64,000 nt of DNA from Candidatus Woesearchaeota archaeon (lineage in GTDB: Archaea; Nanobdellota; Nanobdellia; Woesearchaeales; UBA583). The position numbers were made by a program, and so were the translations under genes. Location: contig OZ242164.1 in the NCBI GenBank assembly GCA_965205335.1, forward strand, positions 288,001 through 352,000, given 5' to 3'. The notes beneath the pieces were generated by a model. It was given only the letters and a program-made list of their open reading frames with translations. It ran no database searches and had not been told where the DNA came from. Below, piece after piece: positions 11,501-21,500 of the stretch. How positions within the stretch are numbered: position 1 is the stretch's first letter; every line of letters begins with the position of its first letter.

Positions 11501-13518
11501 ATCTAAATGATACAAATGATAATTCAACTCACTACCTATGGGATTGTAACGGAATAAATGGTGGAACAGATGATACATGTAGTCTGGTTATTCCTCCTAT
11601 AATAAACGGAGTCTGTGGAACAAGTAACAATGCTTGCACAATGGGAAATCTAAATGATACAAATGATAATTCAACTCATTATTTATGGATATGTAATGGA
11701 ATAAATGGGGGAACAGATGACACATGTAGTCAAACTATCCCACTTACTCCTGTAAACGGGGTGTGTGGGTCAACACTAAATACATGTACAAATGGAAACT
11801 TACAAGATACAAATGATAATTCTACTCACTATCTATGGGATTGTAATGGAATAAACGGAGGGAATAATGCTTCTTGTAATGAAGTTATACCTCCTATTGT
11901 AAATGGTGTATGTGGTTCAACTCTCAATACATGTAATAATGGAACAATGCAAGATACTGCTGATAATTCCACTCATTATCTGTGGAAGTGTGACGGAATA
12001 AATGGAGGAAATAATGATTCGTGTAGTCAAATGATACCTCCTACTATAAATGGGATGTGTGGAACAAATATTAATTCCTGCACATTAGGGAATCTGCAAG
12101 ACAAAGCAGATAATTCCACTCACTACTTATGGAAATGTAATGGGATAAATGGAGGGACTGATGCTTCTTGTAACAAACCAATACCTATGAATGAAGAGCC
12201 TACAAATGGAGTGTGTGGAACAAATAACAATGTTTGCACAAATGGAAATCTAAATGACACACCAAATAATTCTACTCACTACTTATGGAAATGTAATGGA
12301 ATAAATGGTGGAACTAACTCTACTTGTAACAAACCAATACCCATAAATGGAGTATGTGGAACAAACAATAACATTTGCACAAATGGAAATTTACAAGATA
12401 CAAATGATAATTCCACACATTATTTGTGGAAGTGTAATGGAATAAACGGAGGGAATAATGATTCATGTAATGAACTCATTCCACCTATTGTGAATGGTGT
12501 ATGTGGAACAAACAATAATACCTGTACAACGGGAAATCTAAATGATAAAACAGATAATTCAACTCACTATCTATGGGATTGTAACGGAATAAATGGAGGA
12601 ACTGATGCTTCTTGTAACAAACCAATACCCATAAATGGTGTATGTGATAACTTTGTAAGAAACGGTTGTACCAGTGGAACACCTAACGATGAAGTTGTCC
12701 CAGATATAGGTAATTATTATAGATGGCGTTGTGACGGTCTGAACAATGGTAATAATTCTCCTACGTGTGGCAGAACTAAAGGTGGAAGTAGTGGAGGTGG
12801 AAGTAGTGGAACTACTTTATATCCACAAGAGCCAGAAGAATTTAAAATAAAAGATGATGAATTAAGTATAAACATAATTAACGTGACCTCAAACGAAAAA
12901 GTAAGAAATGTAAAAATAAGTGCTAATAAACTTAGAAAAGAACCATCCTTAATTGAGGATCTCCCAGAAGAAAATGTATTTGAATATTTTGAAATTAATG
13001 CAAGAAACTTAAATGATGAACAAATTGATACCGCATTTATAATATTTATTTTAAGTAAAGAAGAACTCCCTGAGAATAAAGAAATAATATTGTCGGGATA
13101 TAATAAATATACTAACCAATGGAAGGACTTAGAAACCAGAATTATCAGAGAAACCTCAACTGATATAACATTTTCAGCCCAAACTGATAGCTTTTCATAT
13201 TCACCTTTTGTTATTTCAATAAGAGAAATAGAAGTTATTACCCCACCTACATCAATAACTCCTCCTATTCAGGAAGAAACTAAACCAGAACCACAAATAA
13301 TACCTCCAGAGGAAATCATAATAGAAGAAATCAAACCTGAAGATAAAGAGGAAATTAAAGTAGAAGAAAAGAAAGAAACTTATGAAGAAGATGAAGAAAA
13401 TGCTACAACACCTCAAGTTAAAACTTTATCTCTTGTCGATATTTTTATTGCTGTAATATTAGGGCTTGTCCTTGGAACTATAGTCTTTATCATTAGGGAA
13501 AATAAGGAAAAAAACTAA
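8596..13518 (+). CDS. Large surface protein: signal peptide, 14 LVIVD-like repeats, 14 four-cysteine repeats, PGF-pre-PGF-like domain, TM anchor
   Basis: About 48-aa repeats LAYV.G..DNGVQILNVSNP (14 copies) and NGVCG..C..DNSTHYLW.C.G.NGG...C (13 plus 1 divergent). Start is more likely MKLYVL at 8638. Confidence 0.85.
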   Translation: MFTRNISISLEEGYMKLYVLFSLLFVISFMSSSFVYATNVEIIPLGNIEDNLELDAAADIFIKDGLAYVTGNIDDGVQILNVSNPNKIIPLGHIKDSNILELNGAAGIFVEDGLAYVAGNDDNGVQILNVSNPNNIIPLGYIRANSNLALYGAADIYVEDGLAYVTGNDDNGVQILNVSNPNNIVPLGNIKDSNILELHGAADIYVEDGLAYVTGNTDNGVQILNVSNPNNIVPLEYIRDNSSLELNGSAGIYVENGLAYITGANDNGVQILNVSNPNNIVPLGNIKDSNSLELNGSAGIYIESGLAYVTGYNDDGVQILNISNPNNIVPLGNIKDNNSLELNGAADIYVENGLAYVTGNIDDGVQILDVSDPNNIVPLDNFDDYSLSLDTPRNILVEDELAYVTSYYGFGIQILNVSNPNNIIPLDNINDNIHNDVLLRGAVSIHVEDGLAYVSSNLDKAVQILNVSNPNNIIPLDNIKDDDNLRLDFSHGMDVKDGLAYVTNYIGAGGIQILNVSNPNNITPLGSIGDNGSLELSGAYDIWVEDELAYVASIYDNGVQILNVSNPNNITPLDNIKDSNDLELNGVRSIYVKDKLAYVASTFYNGIHIFNVSNPNNITHLDSIKDDVKLSSPWDIYVEDNLAYVTVYDDGDFMDNGVVILDVSDPNNITYLTRITDNENLKLKGAYGIYVKDGLAYVTGNLDDGVQILKISISGVCGANNNVCTMGNMQDTVDNSTHYLWNCNGINGGDNVMCSKPTHVNGVCGTNNNICTTGILEDTVDNSTHYLWNCNGISGGTDDSCSLGIPPIVNGVCEVNNNACTTGNPNDKTDNSTHYLWDCNGINGGTNASCNKLIPINGVCGGNNNSCTMGNLNDTPDNSTHYLWDCNGLNEGNNASCNEVIPPIINGVCGGNNNSCTMGNLNDTNDNSTHYLWDCNGINGGTDDTCSLVIPPIINGVCGTSNNACTTGNLNDTNDNSTHYLWDCNGINGGTDDTCSLVIPPIINGVCGTSNNACTMGNLNDTNDNSTHYLWICNGINGGTDDTCSQTIPLTPVNGVCGSTLNTCTNGNLQDTNDNSTHYLWDCNGINGGNNASCNEVIPPIVNGVCGSTLNTCNNGTMQDTADNSTHYLWKCDGINGGNNDSCSQMIPPTINGMCGTNINSCTLGNLQDKADNSTHYLWKCNGINGGTDASCNKPIPMNEEPTNGVCGTNNNVCTNGNLNDTPNNSTHYLWKCNGINGGTNSTCNKPIPINGVCGTNNNICTNGNLQDTNDNSTHYLWKCNGINGGNNDSCNELIPPIVNGVCGTNNNTCTTGNLNDKTDNSTHYLWDCNGINGGTDASCNKPIPINGVCDNFVRNGCTSGTPNDEVVPDIGNYYRWRCDGLNNGNNSPTCGRTKGGSSGGGSSGTTLYPQEPEEFKIKDDELSINIINVTSNEKVRNVKISANKLRKEPSLIEDLPEENVFEYFEINARNLNDEQIDTAFIIFILSKEELPENKEIILSGYNKYTNQWKDLETRIIRETSTDITFSAQTDSFSYSPFVISIREIEVITPPTSITPPIQEETKPEPQIIPPEEIIIEEIKPEDKEEIKVEEKKETYEEDEENATTPQVKTLSLVDIFIAVILGLVLGTIVFIIRENKEKN

Positions 13519-13912
13519 AAGAATTTGAAATAATCATTAAAAAAATTGTTCTTAGTTCTTGCAATCAGTTCTTTAAAAGTAACCATTGAATTTCCTACAA
13601 AATAATTAATCATTATAAAAACCGATAGAGAATTTCTTTGATTACAACTAAAACTCCAAAGAATTTTAACTTTATACTACTATTTAATTTGTATAAAATA
13701 TTTAAAATAGAATTTCCAGATAACACTTATGAATTCTTTTTTTATTGAACTTGGAATTGTTATGGTTCTAACCTTCGTTGTTTCCTACATAATGAACAGA
13801 ATCAAACAACCTCTGCTTGTTGGATACATCCTGACAGGAATCTTAGCAGGTCCATTGTTCTTTGACATCCTCGGTTCAACAGAAGGATATGAAACATTTT
13901 CCCATATAGGTG
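12781..13912 (+). repeat. Direct repeat copy 1 (about 1.1 kb): anchor-domain coding region, intergenic DNA and first 61 codons of kef; copy 2 at about 22093-23212
   Basis: Near-identical DNA at an offset of 9300-9309 bp. Confidence 0.9.
13729..13912 (+). pseudogene. 5' stub of cation:proton antiporter (duplicate of 23029 gene)
   Basis: MNSFFIELG...TFSHIG matches the 592-aa protein (one substitution), then diverges abruptly after CATATAGGTG. Confidence 0.9.
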
Positions 13913-13982
13913 ATAATCCATCATCTCTTAGAATGTCGCAGTAATTCCATAGTTTCTGGACTAATTGTTTTGAGTCTGTCAT
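13911..13982 (-). pseudogene. hsdM: N-terminal stub of an EcoKI-like type I methyltransferase
   Basis: MTDSKQLVQKLWNYCDILRDDGLS resembles the type IA HsdM N-terminus (LVAKLW.LCD.LRD.G.S); truncated at the kef-stub junction. Confidence 0.7.
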
Positions 13983-14974
13983 TTTTTATTCTTGTTTAAA
14001 ACCTTCTTAGTCAATTTATCAAAGTCACTTTCATAATTCTTTAATCTTTCTTTATTGAATATTTCATATTCTTTTTGCGCCTTTTCGTCTGCTAATCTTT
14101 TTGAGATTTTTCCTTTATGGTTTAAAATTTCTTTTTCGTTTAATCTTAGAAAATCATCTAATTTTAAAATCCATCTTTCCTGTGTCATCTCTTTTTGATT
14201 CTTTGCCTGAAGCTCGGCAAAAGAGAGATATTGTTCTACAATTAAATTTAATTCTTCTAATTCGTTTTTTATCAAATAGTTTTTAGCAACAAAGACATCT
14301 CGTTTTTTGATTTCGTTTCTTTTGATTGTTGTAATTCCCAAATTTTTCTTTTTTGAACTTACTCTATTGTAGATTGTTTCTTGTGCTGTCATTCCATGAA
14401 CACCATAATGCATTTTATTTTGAACAATAGCAAAGAAATCTTTTGTCTGTTTGGAGTTTTTATCGTAATCAATTGAGGTTGAGTAAATGTCGGTTATTTT
14501 CTGATAGAAGTTTCTCTCACTTGTTCTTATGTTTCTTATTCGCTCAATTAGTTCGTCAAAGTAGTTTTTGTCTAAGTCTCTGCCCTGTTTTAATCGTTTG
14601 TCGTCTAAGACAAAACCTTTTATAATGAATTCTTTTAAGTGTTTTGTTGCCCAAATTCTAAATGCAGTTGCTTTTTTTGAGTTTACTCTGTAACCTACTG
14701 AAATAATTGCGTCAAGATTGTAGTATTTGACCTGATAGGTTTTGCCATCATTGGCAGTTATCCGATAATGTTGGATAACTGAATTCTCTTTTAGTTCTCC
14801 ACTTTCAAAGATATTTTTCAAATGATGATTGATAGTTCTAATATCTACTTCAAAGAGTTGTGCCATTAATCTTTGGGAAAGCCAGATATTTTCATCTTTA
14901 AAGAAAACTTCAACTCTAATTTCTTCATTATCTTTATTAAATAAAACAAAATTTTTCTTAATTAAATCATTCAT
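13979..14974 (-). CDS. rhuM: RhuM family (virulence protein-like) DNA-binding protein
   Basis: IWLSQRLMAQLFEV, YYNLDAIISVGYRVNS..AT.FR.WAT, RIR.IRTSER.FYQKITDIY. Confidence 0.9.
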   Translation of the reverse strand: MNDLIKKNFVLFNKDNEEIRVEVFFKDENIWLSQRLMAQLFEVDIRTINHHLKNIFESGELKENSVIQHYRITANDGKTYQVKYYNLDAIISVGYRVNSKKATAFRIWATKHLKEFIIKGFVLDDKRLKQGRDLDKNYFDELIERIRNIRTSERNFYQKITDIYSTSIDYDKNSKQTKDFFAIVQNKMHYGVHGMTAQETIYNRVSSKKKNLGITTIKRNEIKKRDVFVAKNYLIKNELEELNLIVEQYLSFAELQAKNQKEMTQERWILKLDDFLRLNEKEILNHKGKISKRLADEKAQKEYEIFNKERLKNYESDFDKLTKKVLNKNKK

Positions 14975-15230
14975 TTTCTAAAAACCTCTCTTTATATTAA
15001 ATCATCCCACCTAATTTATAAACTTATTTTACTCTATTGTTTTGTACTTAAATTTTCAGGTTAAATAAATTACCCACACTATTTATTGCTTCCTTGTTTA
15101 ATTCATGTAAACCCTCTAAACTCTCAACTATTTCTTTTTCTTTCTTTTTGTCCATCTTAGTCATTTTAATAATAATTAAATGTGTATGTTTATAAATAAA
15201 GATATTTTGTCTATTATATAATATAAAAAT

Positions 15231-15513
15231 ATGGATTCGGAACTAAAAACTTCTCCGCAAAAGAAAATATTGAAGACAACCTTAGTGTTATTTCTATTCA
15301 TTGCTATGGTTGGATTGACAAACTCCTTGGCATCTTGGGGGGGGGGGGGGTCTCCTTCCTGATTGGAATTATTATCTGAGTTTTTCCTGCTTTTTTATTC
15401 TGTTCTCTGCTTTGGCCGGAGTCGTGGTTCATTCTCGGTTAGTTAGAGATTTTTCGCGTGCTTTTGGTTCGGTTCGCATTCTTTGCTCCAGACCTCTGGG
15501 AGGTGAGTCCTGA
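15231..15513 (+). CDS. Unannotated hydrophobic leader ORF interrupted by G14 tract (43 aa as sequenced; 93 aa with G13)
   Basis: ATG 15231 gives MDSELK..KKILKTTLVLFLFIAMVG..WGGGGSPS* (stop 15360-15362). The -1 frame stays open to TGA 15511-15513, abutting ATG 15514. Confidence 0.6.
15337..15350 (+). repeat. Poly-G homopolymer (14 G)
   Basis: Seen directly; exceptional in this AT-rich DNA. Confidence 0.95.
15499..15506 (+). promoter_or_regulatory. Shine-Dalgarno GGAGGTGA
   Basis: Canonical archaeal RBS 7-10 nt before ATG ATG at 15514/15517. Confidence 0.7.
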
Positions 15514-18500
15514 ATGATGGAGGTGCCAAAAAGAGGTGTGAGGCGCAGAGCGTTCTCAGTTTTTTGTCTGATTTTTTTATTTGCCTTTATGGGCGTTGTT
15601 CTTGCTGATAATGTCAGTGCTGTTAAGTTGGTGGGTAATCTGGATTCTGAGAGTTCCGGAGATTTAACAATAGGTGAGTATCAAACATCGACCGGAGTTG
15701 GTGCGCAGGCGTTTACCACAGGTAATAATCCTGAGGGTTACGTTATTACTGGCGTTGAGATAAATGTAAGCGTAGCGTCCAGCAACCGTACTGCTTTGGT
15801 GAGCATTCAGAGTAGTAATAATAGTAAGTTGTATGATCTTACCGGTAGCGTTACTTCAGCCGGAGTTCAGTCTTTCACTGCTCCTGAGAATGCCACACTT
15901 AATGCGAGCACGACTTATTTTCTGCACATTGCTCCCGGAACAGGAACCCTTAATTTTAAGGTTGGCGTTACTGACTCAGATAGTGAGGATTCTGATTCTG
16001 CTTCCGGGTGGTCTGTAGAAAATGTATCTTTGCATTCTACTAATAATGGGAGCAGTTTCACTATTAATGATGACTCGCTTCAGCTTGCAGTTTATGGTGA
16101 TGCTGTTAGTATTAATCCTGAAATTCCGACAAACAGTTTTGATTTAACTGGTCTTAATTCTTCCGTTAGGGGTTTGTGGTCTGATGGTGAGACTATGTGG
16201 GTGCTTGATACAAGAAATGACAAGGCAGTTGCCTATGAGTTTAGTGGTAGTTCGTTGGTTCGTGATTCAAGCAAGGATTTTACTACAGAGACTAGTCCTG
16301 ATGGTTCTGGTGTGGATGCTGCTAATGAGATAGTTTATATTATGGAAGTAGACCCTATTTCACCTACTGCTTATGCATATAGTTTGTCAGGCACACGACA
16401 AACTAATAAGGATATTAGCGGCTTTAACCATTCAGAGTCCGGTTTTTCCACAGGGCTTTGGTTTAATGGTAATACTTTATTGTTTTCTGGAACTGGTAGG
16501 TTCGGTAATATGGCTACTTATCATTCGGACTCAGGCCTTAATATAAGTAACTTGGGCAGTGACTTAAGTGAGGGCATTAATACTTCTTGCTCAACTTGGG
16601 GAGTGTGGTCTGATGGAACAACTATGTGGACATCCTGTGTTAAATCACATGGAATCAGGGCGTTTAAGTTGTCGGATGGTAGTCGGGATTCGGATAGAGA
16701 TATTCCTTATGCTCAGGAGCATAGTGCTCCTAGAGGTTTATGGTCTGATGGAGAGACTATGTGGGTGTTACAGGATGAATCAGGAGGCACTACAGATAAG
16801 GTGTTTTCTTATAAGTATCGCAATAATGCTGAAGGTCTGAGAATTCATGGTTCTCCTATAACTGGTCACACCCTGAGTGCTGACACTTCATCTATAACAG
16901 ACCCTAACGGTCTGCCGGATTCTCCTGACTTTTCCTATCAGTGGCAGTATGATGATGGAACTGACATTGAAGGTGCTACAGACAAAACTTATCAAATAAG
17001 AACATCAGATGTAGGAAAAAAACTAAGAGTAAGAGTAAGTTTCACTGACAATGCACGTTATAAAGATGAAATCTTCAGTGAACCAACAGAAAAAGTTACT
17101 AAAAGCAAATTATCATCAAACAGTTATGATTTAACTGGTCTTAATTCTTCCGTTAGGGGTTTGTGGTCTGATGGTGAGACTATGTGGGTGCTTGATACAA
17201 GAAATGACAAGGCGGTTGCCTATGAGTTTAGTGGTAGTTCGTTGGTTCGTGATTCAAGCAAGGATTTTACTACAGAGACTAGTCCTGATGGTTCTGGTGT
17301 GGATGCTGCTAATGAGATAGTTTATATTATGGAAGTAGACCCTATTTCACCTACTGCTTATGCATATAGTTTGTCAGGCACACGACAAACTAATAAGGAT
17401 ATTAGCGGCTTTAACCATTCAGAGTCCGGTTTTTCCACAGGGCTTTGGTTTAATGGTAATACTTTATTGTTTTCTGGAACTGGTAGGTTCGGTAATATGG
17501 CTACTTATCATTCGGACTCAGGCCTTAATATAAGTAACTTGGGCAGTGACTTAAGTGAGGGCATTAATACTTCTTGCTCAACTTGGGGAGTGTGGTCTGA
17601 TGGAACAACTATGTGGACATCCTGTGTTAAATCACATGGAATCAGGGCGTTTAAGTTGTCGGATGGTAGTCGGGATTCGGATAGAGATATTCCTTATGCT
17701 CAGGAGCATAGTGCTCCTAGAGGTTTATGGTCTGATGGAGAGACTATGTGGGTGTTACAGGATGAATCAGGAGGCACTACAGATAAGGTGTTTTCTTATA
17801 AGTATCGCAATAATGCTGAAGGTCTGAGAATTCATGGTTCTCCTATAACTGGTCACACCCTGAGTGCTGATATTGCATCTATAACTGAACCTGACGGTCT
17901 GCCGGATTCTCCTGAGTTTTCTTATCAGTGGCAGTATGCTGACGGGACTGATATTGCTGGTGCTATCAGCAAAACTTATTACTTGAAAGTAGCAGATGCA
18001 GGTAAAAAGGTACGGGTAAGAGTGAGTTTCACTGACAATGCACGTTACGAAGAGGAAATCTTCAGTGAACCAACAGGAACAATTCAAACTAATGAACTAG
18101 CTGTTTTCGGTCAGAGCGAATATATTTTCTATCTTGATGAAAATAGAAATGGAAGTGGAGTAAATGCTATCACTCTGGGAAGAATAACTGTAACTGATAA
18201 AAATAAACCTAGTGGTGTAGGACTATTCTTTACTGAATCCAGTTCCATCAACTCTAATGATGGGAAATTCCGTATAACAGGAGAAACGACAGACACATTC
18301 AGATTTCAATATAGAGGAACAGGAGAAGAATACAATGAAACAAAAAACAAATATGTGTATACAATTACGACATTCAACAATAACAATTTTACTAATTCTA
18401 CATCTGTAAATGTTACTATTTATATTAATGATCCAAATGAAGCACCTGTTTTCGAACATCTCAGATATTTCTTCTACCTTGATAAAAATAAAAGTGGTAA

Positions 18501-21500
18501 GCCAACACCTGTCGAGCTGGGAACAATAACTGTAACTGATAACAAGGACCCTGATGGTGTAACATTATTCTTTCCTGAAACCAATTCCCCCAGTTCTAAT
18601 GATGGGAAATTCCGTATAATAGGTGAAACGACAGATACATTCAGATTTCAATATAGAGGAACAGGAGAAGAATATAATGAAACAAAAGACAGATATGTGT
18701 ATACAATTGCGGCACTTGACAATAACAATAATATTGCATATATGAATGTTACTGTCCTTATTAGAAACTCAACTGAACCACCTGTTTTCGATCAGAGAGA
18801 ATATGTTTTCTACCTTGATGTAAATATAAGTGGACCTGTCGAGATGGGAACAATAACTTTAACTGATAATGATGATTCTAATGGCATAACACTCTTCTTT
18901 ACTGAAATCAATTCCGTCAATTCTAATGATGGGAAGTTCCGTATATCAGGGGGAGCGAGAGATACATTCAGATTTCAGTATAAAGGAACTGGAGAAACTG
19001 ATGAAACAAACAAATATGTATATACAATTGAGGCAATTGACGATAGAGATAACTCTGCATATGCAAATGTTACTATCTATATTATAAACCCTAATGCACC
19101 TGTTTTCAGTCAGAAAGAATATGTCTTCTATCTTGATGAAAATCAAATAGGAAATGATACACCTATAGACCTGGGAACAATAAGTGCAACTGATAACGAT
19201 GACCCTGATGGTTTTGCATTCTCCTTCGCTAATGACTCTAATGACACTTTTACCCCATATTCTAAAGATAATAAGTTTCGTATTAAAGCTAATACTACCA
19301 CTTCTTCTACATTTAGATATGTGGGAGACGGAGAAGAATACAATGAAACTGATGAAACAAAAAACAAATATGTATATACTATTATTACGTCTGATAATAA
19401 CTTGAATTATGCATATGCAACTGTTATTGTCTATATTAGAGATGTAGATGAAGGTGGAAATGTAACATCCGTTTTCGATCAAAGCGAATTGGTCTTCTAC
19501 CTTGATGAAAATAGAAATGGAAGTGGTGATAATCCTATCACTCTGGGAACAATAACTCTAAATACTAATGATGATGCAGGAATAGCTTTCACTGACTCTG
19601 AAATGAATAAGAACGCATATTCTCCTGATAATAAGTTCTCTATTCAATATACCAGTGGTAATTCTTTTGAATTTAGATACATAGGAACAGGAGAAGAATA
19701 CAATGAAACAAAAAACAAATATGTATATTCAATCTATGCAGCTTACGGCATGAGTAATGAAATTACAAATGTTATTGTCTATATTAACGACCCAAATGAA
19801 CCTATAAGAGAAACAAATGAAGCACCTGTTTTCTCCAGTAGTTCAACCTTCTCAGTAAATGAAAACAACATAAGCGTGGGAACTATCACAGCTACCGACT
19901 CTGATACAGAAGACATTGTTACAGGTTATAGTATTTCTGGAGGGGCAGATAGCACAAATTTCTCAATCACAAATGGTGGTGTTTTGACTTTTGTTTCTGC
20001 ACCGGATTTTGAAAACCCTGATGATGCTAACAGTAATAATGATTATGAAGTACAAGTTACTGCTACAAGTGGTGTGGAAAGTAGAGTGATGACCGCAACG
20101 CAGGACATTACAGTTACAATAACTAACGCAAATGAACATCCTGAATTCACCAGCAGTTCAACTTTTATAGTAAATGAACACAAAAAGCGTGTTGGCACTG
20201 TTATGGCTTCTGATGAGGATGTTGAGGACAGCATTACTGGCTACAGCATTTCAGGAGGTGAAGACGCAGGTTCATTCCGTATTAATAATAATGGCGTGTT
20301 ACATTTTATTCCCACTCCTAATTTTGAGAGTCCTTCCGATGTTGGAGGTGACAACGAGTACAAGGTTTCAGTTCAGGTTACCAGTGGTACTGGCAGTCGC
20401 CACCTAACTGCAAACAAAGAGTTTACAGTTAGTGTTAATGATTTGAATGAACCTCCTTCTGCTCCTGCAAAACCCACATTAAATTCCCTTACTAGCACAA
20501 GTCTTTTAGTAAACTGGGTTGCACCAAGTAATAAAGGTCCTGCAATTACTGACTACAATGTACAGTACCGTGTGGGTTCAAGCGGTTCTTGGAGTAATTG
20601 GACTCATAATGAAGCATCTACAACCACTACAATTACAAATTTAAGTACTAATACTACTTATCAGGTGCGGGTTCGTGCTCATAATGCAGAGGGAACTAGT
20701 GGCTGGTCCTCAGTTACCGAAGGTATTACTGGAACTCAATTGACGCCAATGATTTCGAACGTTGAAGCATCTGATATTACAGATGATGGTGCTAATATTA
20801 CAGTGACTATAAGCAATCCTGATGGAAATGCCAGAAACATTCATTACCGTGTTTGGGCTCTTGCTGTTGCTCGTATTGTTGATAGTGGTGTAGTGAGTAC
20901 ATCTACAAGTAGTGCGACGTTTAGGCTGACTGGTCTGAATGAAGGGTTTCTCCATAGAGTAGATGTGTCCTTTAACGAGAGTTATCCTATAGGAGAGACT
21001 CAGAATGTGCGATTCACGCCTGAGGAGCCTAATGATCCTCCTATCCTCACTAAAAGTCTAATAGAGTTTAATCTTAGTGAGACTGCAGACGGAAGCAGTA
21101 CACCCTTTCATATTGGAAGAGTTGAAGCAACTGACCCTGACGGTGACCCTTTAAACTACACCCTCGTAAGAACTCATACTGATGATATAGATAAATTCAC
21201 TATCAATCCAACATCCGGTGATGTTTATTATACAGGAAGTGGAGAAGATTACGAAACAAAAATACAGTACTTCTTATTAGGTAATTTATATGATGGAGTT
21301 AATCAAGCTGTAATCTTCAGTTTTTATGTTTATGTTAGAATCACTAACAACACAGAAGAAACAAATAACCTTCCTGCATTTACAAGCAGTTCAACCTTCT
21401 CAGTAAATGAAAACAACATAAACGTAGGAACAGTAATAGCCTCTGACTCTGATACAGAAGACAATGTTACAGGTTATAGTATTTCTGGAGGGACTGACAA

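Noticed and set aside
8700-12780. Regular repeats resembling a CRISPR array
   Set aside because: The repeats are in-frame coding units of about 144-147 bp without unique spacers, and no cas genes are present in the window.
15514-15620. Twin-arginine (Tat) signal RRRAF
   Set aside because: The motif is imperfect, a 2439-aa TM-anchored protein is an unlikely Tat substrate, and a Sec signal explains it equally well.
16131-18076. Template/variable repeat pair of a diversity-generating retroelement
   Set aside because: Both copies are in-frame parts of one ORF, the differences are too few to show adenine-specific mutagenesis, and no reverse transcriptase is in the window.
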